Of a stretch of DNA of 64,000 nt, positions 8,176 to 17,533 are shown piece after piece (the first letter of the stretch is position 1; every line of letters begins with the position of its first letter). Source of the stretch: Alphaproteobacteria bacterium UBA830 (GTDB lineage Bacteria > Pseudomonadota > Alphaproteobacteria > MPNO01 > UBA830); contig DBHK01000027.1 of the NCBI GenBank assembly GCA_002295635.1, forward strand, positions 5,920 through 69,919. Reading direction: 5' to 3'. The position numbers and the translations under genes were made by a program. Below the pieces are notes generated by a model. It searched no databases and was not told where the DNA came from. It was given only the letters and a program-made list of their open reading frames with translations.

Positions 8176-9315
8176 TTACTCAGCTGCCGAGTTTATCCCA
8201 ATACTGTCCAGTATCTCCTTCTGCCGGCCAAATTCATCAATACCAATTTCTTTTCGAAGATCGGCACTCATCTCCGCTTTGTCGGCTTCCAATGGCGCAC
8301 CTGTAGCATCGGCCACACGATCGATGGCGTTGAAAAGAGCGGCTACGCCCGCAGAGTCAACTACTGCGTCGGGACCAAGGGCCTTAAGGATTTCCTGCCG
8401 GGCATTGGTAAGGCGAGGCCTATCTTCGCCGAGGATGGCCTCGGCGAATTCAATCATAAGTTCGCCGTATTCAATTCCGGTATTTCCCGCATCGGCGCCG
8501 CCGGTGATGGCATTATAGTCGAGATTGTTTCCAGAGTATTCGCTGCCCGCACGGAGCAGTACCGAGTGGCTAGTCGTTCAATAAGTACATTGATTGAGCG
8601 CCGATACTCGCGCTGCCAGCAATTCGATCTGCAGATGTGTGATTGCGCGAAACTCCTGAGTAAAATCTCGCATCTCGGGGCCGCTTAGATACTGCGCTGC
8701 GACCACGTCAAAGAACCCACGCGCCTCATCAGGTACTAAGGTAAGGGCTCGACGAATATTAGACTCCGGCCCTACAAAGTAATCTGCCTCATTCGGGCCA
8801 TATTCGTCCCAAGCTATGTTAGGTGACCACGCTTGGTGCTGACGTGCCTCAGCCGGGCGATAGTACGAAGGTTCACCGCTCTGGGCTTCTGGCAAAGCGC
8901 GGACTGGCACACCGATCCCATTAGCGAAGGTATCGATCGCGGTAGTATGAGCCACTATGCTGACGATTTCGACGAAGTGCGTTTCCAGAATACCGCTATC
9001 GATGGTTTTCTTGTACCACGTTTGTGTCAAACGACCTGGGTCCGCAACGATCAGATGGATCATATTTACCCAATTTTGGGGTAGGTCAGTCCCGGAATCG
9101 AAGGGTTCGGTAATAGAAAATGGTGATAGTGCTTCCCTGATTTTTGCGTAGCCGGGACAGTCCCGAGCGTGGCGCGCCTCCGCCATCACTTTGAGACGCT
9201 CCTCGCCTGTTAGCCAATTTCCCGCTTTAGATAATCTATCCCAAGCGCGTTGATGGGCTTCGACAATGTCTTCTCGAACGGAATAAGGCGAGTCATCGTA
9301 ATTGATGTTTGACAT
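8176..9315 (-). CDS. AhpD-like / carboxymuconolactone-decarboxylase-family SELENOPROTEIN; UGA at 8578-8580 read as Sec joins ORFs 8578..9315 and 8176..8457
   Basis: The upstream ORF ends ...RVSALNQCTY-TGA. Downstream the same frame is open with no stop for 134 codons, through the track ORF 8176..8457. The motif spanning the UGA is C-T-Y-U-T-T-S-H, which matches the AhpD catalytic C-x-x-C-x-x-x-H exactly. The downstream part carries the CMD C-terminal helix AALFNAIDRVADATG. Confidence 0.65.
8543..8559 (-). promoter_or_regulatory. Possible SECIS-like hairpin for the AhpD-like selenoprotein
   Basis: CUGCUC-CGUGC-GGGCAG (6-bp stem including one G-U pair, GU-containing loop) starts 18 nt 3' of the UGA. 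Confidence 0.3.
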
Positions 9316-9386
9316 GACGTATCTCCACTTCGGAAACGTACCTTATTTTGGTCGACCTCTAGGGTCAAACGTGATCCTAAGATACT

Positions 9387-10382
9387 CTATAGCCCGAATA
9401 ACGCACTTGGGTTTTTCTCGACGATAATTTCTATATCTCTATTACTGAAGCCTGCATCGCGCAGGGTCTTCATCGGATGTGGGTCGCCGGGTGGGAAGGG
9501 GAGGTCGCTACCGAGGAGGATGCGGTCTAAACCCACTAAATCACCTAGATAGTTAAGCGCTCGTCCATCATGCAAGATGGTGTCGTAGTGGAAATGCTTC
9601 AGGTATTGAGAAGGTGGTTTAATCGCTACATTGCCGGTGATCCGTCCGTCTGACGCATGATGCATGCGATCAAAACGGCCGATAAGAAATGGTATTGAGC
9701 CGCCCCCATGTGACAGGATAATTTCTAGTTCTGGAAAACGATCTAATACGCCTGCGGCTATCATTGAGCCAACGGTAAGTGTCGTATCATTGGTGTATGC
9801 GACAATTTGATTAAGGGCAAATTTCCCTGCTCGCGCAGGTGCGATTGGCTGGGCAGGGTGGATAAAAACCGGAGCCTTAAGCTCGACGCAAGTAGCCCAA
9901 TATTCATCAAGTTCGCACTCGCCTAAGTTTTTTCCATCAACATGGGCTGCGATAATCGCACCGACCGCGCCGGCTTTAATACCGCGTTCTAACTCGCGTG
10001 AGGCTGCGGCTGCATCCTGTAGCGCGCCGGAAGCCAGCCAAGAGAAATGGTCTGGATAAGTATTGCAAAGCCGTGTCATGCTATCATTTAACGCGGCGTG
10101 CCAGAGTATGCCCTTTTCGGCAGGTAAATCGTATCCAAAGATGTCTGTCCAGATACTGAGTATCTCACGATCTACGCCCTGTAGGTCCATTTCTTCGAGC
10201 CGGTGATCTGCGTTCGTCAGAGTATCGAAGAAAGGACGGACCTGCATACCACTTTCGAAACGACAACAATGGCACCCGGGTTCTGTCTCAAGCAGATCAA
10301 TACCGAAGTCTTTTCCTCGGGCGGAGAGCGTCTCTATCACGTCCGGGGGGACTAAGTGCGCGTGTACGTCAATTACGTTCAT
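9387..10382 (-). CDS. Amidohydrolase_2 (ACMSD/LigW-like metal-dependent hydrolase/decarboxylase)
   Basis: Start at MNVIDVHAHLVPP (HxH metal motif), 20 bp after the stop of the molybdenum hydroxylase large subunit. Confidence 0.8.
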   Translation of the reverse strand: MNVIDVHAHLVPPDVIETLSARGKDFGIDLLETEPGCHCCRFESGMQVRPFFDTLTNADHRLEEMDLQGVDREILSIWTDIFGYDLPAEKGILWHAALNDSMTRLCNTYPDHFSWLASGALQDAAAASRELERGIKAGAVGAIIAAHVDGKNLGECELDEYWATCVELKAPVFIHPAQPIAPARAGKFALNQIVAYTNDTTLTVGSMIAAGVLDRFPELEIILSHGGGSIPFLIGRFDRMHHASDGRITGNVAIKPPSQYLKHFHYDTILHDGRALNYLGDLVGLDRILLGSDLPFPPGDPHPMKTLRDAGFSNRDIEIIVEKNPSALFGL

Positions 10383-10401
10383 GATCGGACGTCTCCTAGT
10401 T

Positions 10402-12690
10402 TCAATTTCCGTTATCCCGCAATGCATTGCGGAGTCGATCAGGTGTAATAGGCAACTCTTTTATGGAGATACCGTGCGGACGAAGCGCCCGGGAAACCGC
10501 ATTGCTAACGGCGGCGGCAACGGCGACGATCCCGCCTTCACCTGCTCCCTTGAACCCCATCGGATTGAACTCTGATGGTGAATCCTCTAGCGCGATAGCT
10601 GTGATCTCCGGTAATTCAGACGTGGTTGGCAATAGGTAGTCTGCAAAGCTACCGGTCAGAAGCTGACCGTCAGTGTCATAGATAAAATGATCGAGGAACG
10701 TACCACCCAAGCCCTGGACTACGCCGCCAACCGCCTGACCCTGCACCAAAGCGGGATTGAGTGCCCGTCCAATCTCTTCAGTTAGCCAGTACCGTTCGAC
10801 CTCAACGACACCGGTTTCAATATCTACCGCGACCTGTGCCGCATGGGCGCCGTATGAATATGAGATACGTTTTTCATTATCAAAAATAGCATCGGCGGCC
10901 AGGGTTTCGCCCCGGTGTTCCGAGAAAGACGCTAGTTCCTGCAAGCTCAGTCTTTCGTTATATCTATACACTGCACCATCGCTATAACGCAGGTTTTCCG
11001 GGTCGCAGTTCCAGCGCAGCGCTGCAATGCCTACAGCATGGTCTTTCAGTAAATCGGCAGCGATACGCGTTGCATTGCCGGCCATTACAGTATTACGGCT
11101 GTGGAAAGTGCCACCGCCTGTTTTCACCAGCGTCGTGCTGCCGTGGAGAACCTGAACACGGGCGATATCAATATCTAGGTAATCAGCGCAAATCTGTGCA
11201 AGCCCTGTCTCGGTTCCCTGACCAACTGATGAAGCACCGGTACGAATGGTCACTGTGCCGTCTGACGTTGCGGTTATGTTTGCTGACTCCGGTGGTCCGG
11301 CGGCACTACTTTCGATAAAACATGCAATACCGAGGGCGCGAGCCCGACCATCCGAGTCTGGGACGTTGGTGGGCCAGTCCGTGTATCGGCATTCCTTCAA
11401 AAGCCGGTCTAGAGCAGCAGGATAATCGCCCTTATCCAACGTTGCCTCAGTGTCTCCCGGAACGAGCTCACCTATTTTGTATGGCAGATCCGCCGGGGTC
11501 ATCAGATTGCGTCGGCGCAGTTCTGCTGGATCGAGGTCTAGATCATCCGCCATCAGGTCTAAGAGACGTTCGCGGCAGAAATTAGCTTCAAAGCGACCCG
11601 GACCGCGGAATGTGCCCACTGGGGTTTTGTTGGTGATCAAAAACTGCACATCGCAGCTAAAAGAAGGTACCCGATATGGGCCTGGAAGAAACTGTGCGGC
11701 CTTCGACGGTACTACACCGCCATTGGTTCGAACATAGGCTCCCATGTCGCCCCGAACTGTTCCCCGCATACCGAGGATTTCGCCTGTCGCCGTCGCGGCT
11801 ATTTCAAGATCGCAGATGATATCGCGCGAATGGTTGGTTGCGGTCAGGTTTTCTCGCCGATCCTCGATCCATTTTACTGGACGTTCTGTACGCCTACTTG
11901 CAAGAGGAACCAGATAGTCCTCCGGATACAGTTCGCCGCGAGCACCGAAGCCGCCGCCTACATCCGTCTCGATTAGCTCGACGGAACTTTCAGGCATGTC
12001 AAACGCTTCTGCCAGATGCCGGCGATTGAAGAAATTAACCTTTGTGGCACCATGCAATCGTAATAAGGGTTTAGAGATATCGAATTCCGCGATCAGGCCG
12101 CGTGTCTCCATCGGTACGGCGCCGTGACGGTTGGTGATGAAGCGTTCATGCCGGGTATAGGCAGCCCCGTCGAACGCCTCTTTGGTGTTGCCGCGGCTAA
12201 CGGTGTAACGGGTTCCCATATTTTCGCCCGCTGCTTCGTGGATCAATATTTGTCCATCGAAAGCTTGATCAACGGTGGTCACAGCTGACAGCGGGTCAAA
12301 CTCGATCTCGATCAGTTCTAGAGCATCTTCTGCAACATAGCGGTCCTCAGCAATTACGACGGCAATTGGCTCACCTACATATCGCACTTTGTTGACCGCA
12401 ATCGGACATTGCAGAAATCTCTCGAAGCCGTCAAATGGAGCTAGCCTAAGAGGAATAGTCGGCAAATCATTCTCCATATCCGCAGCGCAGAATACGTCGA
12501 TTACCCCTTCAAGCGCACGCGCCGTATCGAGATTGATAGTCTTTATAAGAGCGTGAGCATGGGGACTGCGTAACACTGCCATAATTGCCATACCAGGCAG
12601 TTTGACGTCGTCAATATAGATACCCTCTCCAGTTAGTAAGCGTTGATCTTCCAGCCGCGAAACGGACTTTCCTATATATCTCCGGCTCAA
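10402..12690 (-). CDS. Xanthine dehydrogenase-family molybdopterin-binding large subunit (CoxL/CutL homologue, not a bona fide CO dehydrogenase)
   Basis: 762 aa. N-terminal a/b hammerhead and molybdopterin-binding domains. The active-site loop reads GTFRGPGRFEANF rather than the CoxL form I/II signatures. Confidence 0.85.
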   Translation of the reverse strand: MSRRYIGKSVSRLEDQRLLTGEGIYIDDVKLPGMAIMAVLRSPHAHALIKTINLDTARALEGVIDVFCAADMENDLPTIPLRLAPFDGFERFLQCPIAVNKVRYVGEPIAVVIAEDRYVAEDALELIEIEFDPLSAVTTVDQAFDGQILIHEAAGENMGTRYTVSRGNTKEAFDGAAYTRHERFITNRHGAVPMETRGLIAEFDISKPLLRLHGATKVNFFNRRHLAEAFDMPESSVELIETDVGGGFGARGELYPEDYLVPLASRRTERPVKWIEDRRENLTATNHSRDIICDLEIAATATGEILGMRGTVRGDMGAYVRTNGGVVPSKAAQFLPGPYRVPSFSCDVQFLITNKTPVGTFRGPGRFEANFCRERLLDLMADDLDLDPAELRRRNLMTPADLPYKIGELVPGDTEATLDKGDYPAALDRLLKECRYTDWPTNVPDSDGRARALGIACFIESSAAGPPESANITATSDGTVTIRTGASSVGQGTETGLAQICADYLDIDIARVQVLHGSTTLVKTGGGTFHSRNTVMAGNATRIAADLLKDHAVGIAALRWNCDPENLRYSDGAVYRYNERLSLQELASFSEHRGETLAADAIFDNEKRISYSYGAHAAQVAVDIETGVVEVERYWLTEEIGRALNPALVQGQAVGGVVQGLGGTFLDHFIYDTDGQLLTGSFADYLLPTTSELPEITAIALEDSPSEFNPMGFKGAGEGGIVAVAAAVSNAVSRALRPHGISIKELPITPDRLRNALRDNGN

Positions 12691-13175
12691 ATTGATACCC
12701 CGCCGCTGCGGCGTGCCGCCGCGTCCATAATTGCGTCAACAATTGATACGTACCCCGTACATCGGCAAATATTCCCAGAAATCGCACTTTCGACTTCGGC
12801 ACGGGTTGGTGTCGGGTTCTCGCCTAGGAAAGCTTCCGCAGTCGTTAACATCCCTGGAGTGCAGAAACCGCACTGCAGCGCATGGTTGTCGCGAAACGCC
12901 TCTTGAAGTGGAGACAGGTTCTCACCTTCGGCGAGACCTTCTACTGTTGTGATATCCATTTTGTGGGCTTGGACCGCAAAAATCAGACAAGACCGTATTG
13001 CCGCTCCATCAGCTATTACGGTGCAGGCGCCACACACGCCGTGTTCGCATCCCAGGTGTGTGCCCGTAAGATCTAGTTGTTCGCGCAGGCAATCGGCCAG
13101 TGACATGCGGGCGTCGACATCGCAGCTATACGAGGTGCCGTTTACTTTTAGAGATATGGCATGGCGGTTTGTCAC
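12687..13175 (-). CDS. (2Fe-2S)-binding small subunit of the molybdenum hydroxylase
   Basis: 162 aa. CEHGVCGACTV and CGFCTPGM cluster motifs. 4-bp overlap with the large subunit. Confidence 0.9.
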   Translation of the reverse strand: MTNRHAISLKVNGTSYSCDVDARMSLADCLREQLDLTGTHLGCEHGVCGACTVIADGAAIRSCLIFAVQAHKMDITTVEGLAEGENLSPLQEAFRDNHALQCGFCTPGMLTTAEAFLGENPTPTRAEVESAISGNICRCTGYVSIVDAIMDAAARRSGGVSI

Positions 13176-14041
13176 AGATTACGTTTCCAGGCTTCAGAGA
13201 GAGTTCGCTTTAGGAGGACTGCGGAAACTTCGCGCCGATATGCGATAGAGGCATGGATATCGTCGAATGGATCAATATCGGCATCAATGGTATCTGCGGA
13301 TTCTTTGAATAGGCCGAGGGAGGGTTCAGATCCCATTAGGGTGTTTTCCGCTCTGTGAAGACGAAGCGGTGTATCACCTGCCCCTATTGCTACGCATGCG
13401 CAGTTGGATATGGCGCCGCCGTCATTGATGTCAAACCAAGCTGCGACGCCCACTAGGGCAAAGTCGCCTTCCCGGCGGGAGATTTCTTTGAATCCCCAGT
13501 GACGTTGTGTCGGCCAGGGTGGAAAACAGATTTTTTCGATCAACTCACTACTGTCAGCGGCTGTCGTAAAAACGCCTTGAAAAAAGTCGACTGCAGGAAC
13601 AACCCGAGGGCCGGCCGGTCCGCGTAGGTGAATTTTTGCTTCACAAACTAAAGTAATTCCCGGCAATTCGGCTGCTGGATCCGCGTGAGCGACACTGCCA
13701 CCCAATGTGCCTCGGTTTCGGATTTGGAAATGAGCAATATGGGCTGCGGCTGCGGCCAGCAAGGGATTGTTCTTTTCGATGTCAGGATCTGTTTCAAGCC
13801 GGCGGGTACGTACCATGGGGCCGATTTCTAGGCCGCCATCTGGGCTTATCCGGATATCTGCGAGCTCGGAAACACCGTTAAGGTCAATAAGCGCGGACGG
13901 TGAAGCGACACGAAAGTTCATCATCGGTACGAGGCTTTGTCCGCCCGCAAGATATCGGGCGTCCTCACCATTCTCCCGCATCATAGCGATTGCGCCATCG
14001 ACACTATCTGCAGCAAAGTAGTTGAACTTAGATGGTTTCAT
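13172..14041 (-). CDS. FAD-binding medium subunit of the molybdenum hydroxylase (CoxM-like)
   Basis: 289 aa. FAD-binding region (YLAGGQSLVPMMNFRVASP). 4-bp overlap with the small subunit. Confidence 0.85.
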   Translation of the reverse strand: MKPSKFNYFAADSVDGAIAMMRENGEDARYLAGGQSLVPMMNFRVASPSALIDLNGVSELADIRISPDGGLEIGPMVRTRRLETDPDIEKNNPLLAAAAAHIAHFQIRNRGTLGGSVAHADPAAELPGITLVCEAKIHLRGPAGPRVVPAVDFFQGVFTTAADSSELIEKICFPPWPTQRHWGFKEISRREGDFALVGVAAWFDINDGGAISNCACVAIGAGDTPLRLHRAENTLMGSEPSLGLFKESADTIDADIDPFDDIHASIAYRREVSAVLLKRTLSEAWKRNL

Positions 14042-14268
14042 TACCGGTCACCGGCCATCAGGTGTACGCCCAGTGTAGCTAAAAGAGATGTAAAAGTCCT
14101 CTGGTCACCTCTGATCGGCGAGGCAAGGTTTCCTCGCTTGATTGCTGCGCCGGCCCAATAGCGGTTTCTATCTTTTCTAGCCCCAAAATGGTCGGGCTCA
14201 CTATTCGTGGCCATTTATCTGTTCGCCGAGAAAAATTTTGGAAGCAGACTTTGTTTTGATGTGGGCAC

Positions 14269-15468
14269 TCACCTCTTCTCTCCAGTGGTGGTTATGAGGG
14301 CGCGCTCGATTTGAGCAGCCTGCTTCAAAAGAATCTCATCTCCGTCAGGTGAGCCCATTAATTGAACCCCCGTTGGGATCGTAAAGTGCGACAAGGGATT
14401 TGGTATGCTGACAACTGGATTTCCGGTAATATTTGCAAGGCATGTCAGGATAGTCATCGCAACAACGACTGGTACTTCTTGACCACCGAGCAGGGCTCTA
14501 CGAGCCTCACGATGTGGTGGAGCGATCGGCAGGGTGGGCGACAACAATAGGTCGATTGTCTCTAGGGTTTTTTGTAAGTGGTCGGAGGCAGCGCGGGCCC
14601 ATTCCCAAGCTGCATCGACGCTTTCTACCGACAGATTCTCAGCATGACGAAGGCCCGCAATAGCAGCCGTACCGAGACGGTTACGCTCGGCTTCCGTCAA
14701 TTCCATATATATTTTCCCCGCTTCTGATAGAACGATAACGGCATGCGCCTCTGCGATCTGTTGCCTGGCAGGTATGGTTACTCTCGTAATGTTGTGTCCC
14801 GAGATCTTTAACTGGTGAGCTATCTCATCAAGTTCGGTTGCGATTGATTCAGTGAACAGACCGGCTCGGTCTTCTTCGATAGCGATGCAAAGCCCCTCTG
14901 TGATCTCGGCCGATTCTTCAATTCCGTCGATAAGAACGATGCTGGCCCGGGTCAAAATTTCCAAATTTCGCGCAATCAGACCTACATGGTCGAACTGGGG
15001 TGTCAACGGCCATACACCGTCGTTGGAAACACGCCCGTATGTCGGTTTGAATGAAGTAAGACCAGTACAGGCAGCAGGTATGCGCACGCTACCGCCGGTA
15101 TCCGTACCCACGGCAAAGTCGCAAAACCCTGCTGCCACGGCGGCCGCCGATCCACCAGAGGATCCGCCGATAATAAGATCGGGGGCGATTGGGTTGGAAG
15201 TCTGCTGCGTTGATGCGCCGAAGCCCCCCGCGTCAGTTTGTGTCATGCCGACAAAGTCAGCGCCGGCTGCAAAAAGAGATGCCACGCTTGGTGCCGTTGC
15301 CGAGGCTCGTCTGTCCGCTAGTAATGGGTGGCCGGCGGTGAATGCTCGACCATCAATCGCTACGTTATCCTTTACCGCAAAAGTCAGTCCATCAAGCTCG
15401 CCCGCAGCAGTGGGCTCAATACGCGTCTTTTCAACGAACGCGTTCCAACGGTCTTCCTTTGGAGGCAT
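14269..15468 (-). CDS. Amidase (amidase-signature family)
   Basis: Amidase-signature glycine/serine-rich stretch GGSSGGSAAAVAAG, with a candidate catalytic Lys in FAVKDN. Confidence 0.85.
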   Translation of the reverse strand: MPPKEDRWNAFVEKTRIEPTAAGELDGLTFAVKDNVAIDGRAFTAGHPLLADRRASATAPSVASLFAAGADFVGMTQTDAGGFGASTQQTSNPIAPDLIIGGSSGGSAAAVAAGFCDFAVGTDTGGSVRIPAACTGLTSFKPTYGRVSNDGVWPLTPQFDHVGLIARNLEILTRASIVLIDGIEESAEITEGLCIAIEEDRAGLFTESIATELDEIAHQLKISGHNITRVTIPARQQIAEAHAVIVLSEAGKIYMELTEAERNRLGTAAIAGLRHAENLSVESVDAAWEWARAASDHLQKTLETIDLLLSPTLPIAPPHREARRALLGGQEVPVVVAMTILTCLANITGNPVVSIPNPLSHFTIPTGVQLMGSPDGDEILLKQAAQIERALITTTGEKR

Positions 15469-15490
15469 GATGAGGAACGTACCGACCCCG

Positions 15491-16300
15491 CTATTGGTCT
15501 CGCAGCCTATCCATCAAAGACTTTTCTTGACCACCATCGATCTCGATCTGAGTACCATTGACGAAATGCATCAGCGGCGATGCAAGCATTACGCATAAAT
15601 TAGAAACCTCTTCTGTCTCGGCGATACGTCCCAAAGGAATGGAGGACGGTGCGAGCTTGTCAGCTTCCTCAAATGATAGGTCCATGTCCCGCGCCATCGC
15701 GTTCACGAGGCCGGTCCAACGTTCGGTACGGACAGGCCCCGGATTAACAGCGACAAAGCTGATATTGTTTTTGCCGTATTGTCCCGAAAGCGACATAGTC
15801 AGATTTTGCCCGGCGGCATTGGCGGCACCCGGCGCTATTTCCCAATAAGATGGTTTTACACCGTCATTACCTATCAAGTTTACGACGCGCCCCCCCCCCT
15901 GTTCAACCATGATTGGTAAAACGTAGCGCAAGCAACGGACGTACCCCATGAACTTAAGTTGTAGGGACTGTTCCCAATCATCTTCAGAGAGATGCTCTAT
16001 TACTCCACCCGGCGATGAGCCGGCATTGTTGACCATAATATCGACCCGACCGAGCTGTTTCGCACTTTCTTCGATAAATTTTTTAGCCTGGTCATTATTA
16101 GTTAGATCAGTCGGAATTGCGACGACCTTAACGCTGGTTGCGTCGCGAATTTCTTGTGCTGTCGTTTCCAAAGGCTCAGGGCGCCGAGCGCAGATCGCTA
16201 TGTCGACGCCCTCTTTTGCAAGGCCCCAGGCTATACCTTTGCCGATGCCTTCGCTTCCGCCGGTGATGAGCGCGGTTTTTCCACTCAGTTGTAAATCCAT
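15491..16300 (-). CDS. SDR-family oxidoreductase
   Basis: TGGSEGIGKG Rossmann motif and YxxxK region. Confidence 0.85.
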   Translation of the reverse strand: MDLQLSGKTALITGGSEGIGKGIAWGLAKEGVDIAICARRPEPLETTAQEIRDATSVKVVAIPTDLTNNDQAKKFIEESAKQLGRVDIMVNNAGSSPGGVIEHLSEDDWEQSLQLKFMGYVRCLRYVLPIMVEQGGGRVVNLIGNDGVKPSYWEIAPGAANAAGQNLTMSLSGQYGKNNISFVAVNPGPVRTERWTGLVNAMARDMDLSFEEADKLAPSSIPLGRIAETEEVSNLCVMLASPLMHFVNGTQIEIDGGQEKSLMDRLRDQ

Positions 16301-16329
16301 TTTGTCTCTTCCATTTCTGTTTTTCTAAT

Positions 16330-17187
16330 TCAATGTCTAGGGCTTTTGTGGTTCATCCAATTTCCGTCGGTTGTCGCAGAAAAATATTCTCGAAGCGCCG
16401 TGTTAACGATGTCCGGTTCCTCCATTATGATGGTATGTCCGGTCCGCGGCACAGTCTGAAGGGCCGCAGAGGGGACTGTCCGTTTGAGAAAAAGGCTGCC
16501 ATCCAAACAAGGCTGATCCTCGTCCCCGACAATTACTAGCAGGGGCAGGCTAAAGCTACGGAGGTCTGCCTCCATATCCCACAAGGTGGGGCGGTCTCGC
16601 TGAAGTTTCCGCATTGTGTGAGCGGCACCTTTTGGTGATAGCCCAGCGAGGATTTTTTCAAACGCGGTAAATCCCTCAGGGTCTTTTACTTCGAAAGTGT
16701 GACGCATGGGAAATCGAGCGTATTTGGCTGCGGACTCCGAGATCGGTAATTCTATAAACATTTTCGCAATGTCTTCGCACAACTGACGCGAGGTCTGACG
16801 CTCGTCGGGATGCGACCCCCAGCCACAACCAAGAGCGGAGACTGAAAGGCAACGGTCAGGATACCTGATACCCACATGGAGCGCAGTATATGCACCCATT
16901 GAATGGCCGACGATGTGTGCCTTCTCGATATCAAGCGTATTCATAACTGCGATTGCATCGTCGAGAGCAACATACTGACCATAGCTCTCTTCGCTTTCAG
17001 GTACATCGGACGGGGGGTAGCCGCGCGCGGCGTATGTAATACATCGGTAGACATCGCTCAGTGCAGCGACCTGCTTCGACCAAGTTCGATGATTGCCCGC
17101 GAATTCGTGCATGAAAAGGACGGCGTCGCCCGACCCGACATCCTCATAATACAGTGATGTTCCGTCGATGCTTTCAAGCCTAGGCAA
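16330..17187 (-). CDS. Alpha/beta-fold hydrolase
   Basis: GHSMG nucleophile elbow. 285 aa. Confidence 0.8.
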   Translation of the reverse strand: MPRLESIDGTSLYYEDVGSGDAVLFMHEFAGNHRTWSKQVAALSDVYRCITYAARGYPPSDVPESEESYGQYVALDDAIAVMNTLDIEKAHIVGHSMGAYTALHVGIRYPDRCLSVSALGCGWGSHPDERQTSRQLCEDIAKMFIELPISESAAKYARFPMRHTFEVKDPEGFTAFEKILAGLSPKGAAHTMRKLQRDRPTLWDMEADLRSFSLPLLVIVGDEDQPCLDGSLFLKRTVPSAALQTVPRTGHTIIMEEPDIVNTALREYFSATTDGNWMNHKSPRH

Positions 17188-17332
17188 ACTCGTGCACTCC
17201 TATTTTTGTTGTATGAGCGTACCCGACTAATACGCTTGTATACAGACTTTATGATTGGAAGACTGACGTCCAGAGCTGTCTCCAAAGTGAATTTCTTCTA
17301 TGAATTTTCGTATTCGAAAACAGCCTGATTTA

Positions 17333-17428
17333 TGGCGGAAAAGAGTGGGAGTCGAACCCACCAGGGACGTCTAACGCCCCTCACCGGTTTTGAAGACCGG
17401 GCGCCCCACCGGGGAACGAATCTCTTCC
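17333..17428 (-). tRNA. selC: tRNA-Sec (anticodon UCA)
   Basis: 96 nt: GGAAGAGAUUCGUUCCCCGGUGGGGCGCCCGGUCUUCAAAACCGGUGAGGGGCGUUAGACGUCCCUGGUGGGUUCGACUCCCACUCUUUUCCGCCA. It has an 8-bp acceptor stem, a UCA anticodon in a CUUCAAA loop, a long variable arm and a GGUUCGACUCC T-arm. Its architecture is near-identical to E. coli selC. Confidence 0.85.
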
Positions 17429-17533
17429 GACGGTATACATGCATAGCAAATTCCTATGTTGGGTGACATGCCTATTGTACCAAATTCATTTTCTTCTAAA
17501 GAAACGACTTTTACCAATCTCTGAAGTTTGGCT

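Noticed and set aside
8009-8518. ORF 8009..8518 (+), a 169-aa Ser/Ala-rich product
   Set aside because: It is antisense to the AhpD-like gene and shows low-complexity composition typical of the reverse frame of a GC-biased gene.
10402-14041. Calling the three-subunit molybdoenzyme a carbon-monoxide dehydrogenase (CoxMSL)
   Set aside because: The large subunit lacks the CoxL active-site loop signatures (AYRCSFR or AYRGAGR) and reads GTFRGPGRF instead. Neighbours are hydrolases and amidases rather than coxDEFG accessory genes.
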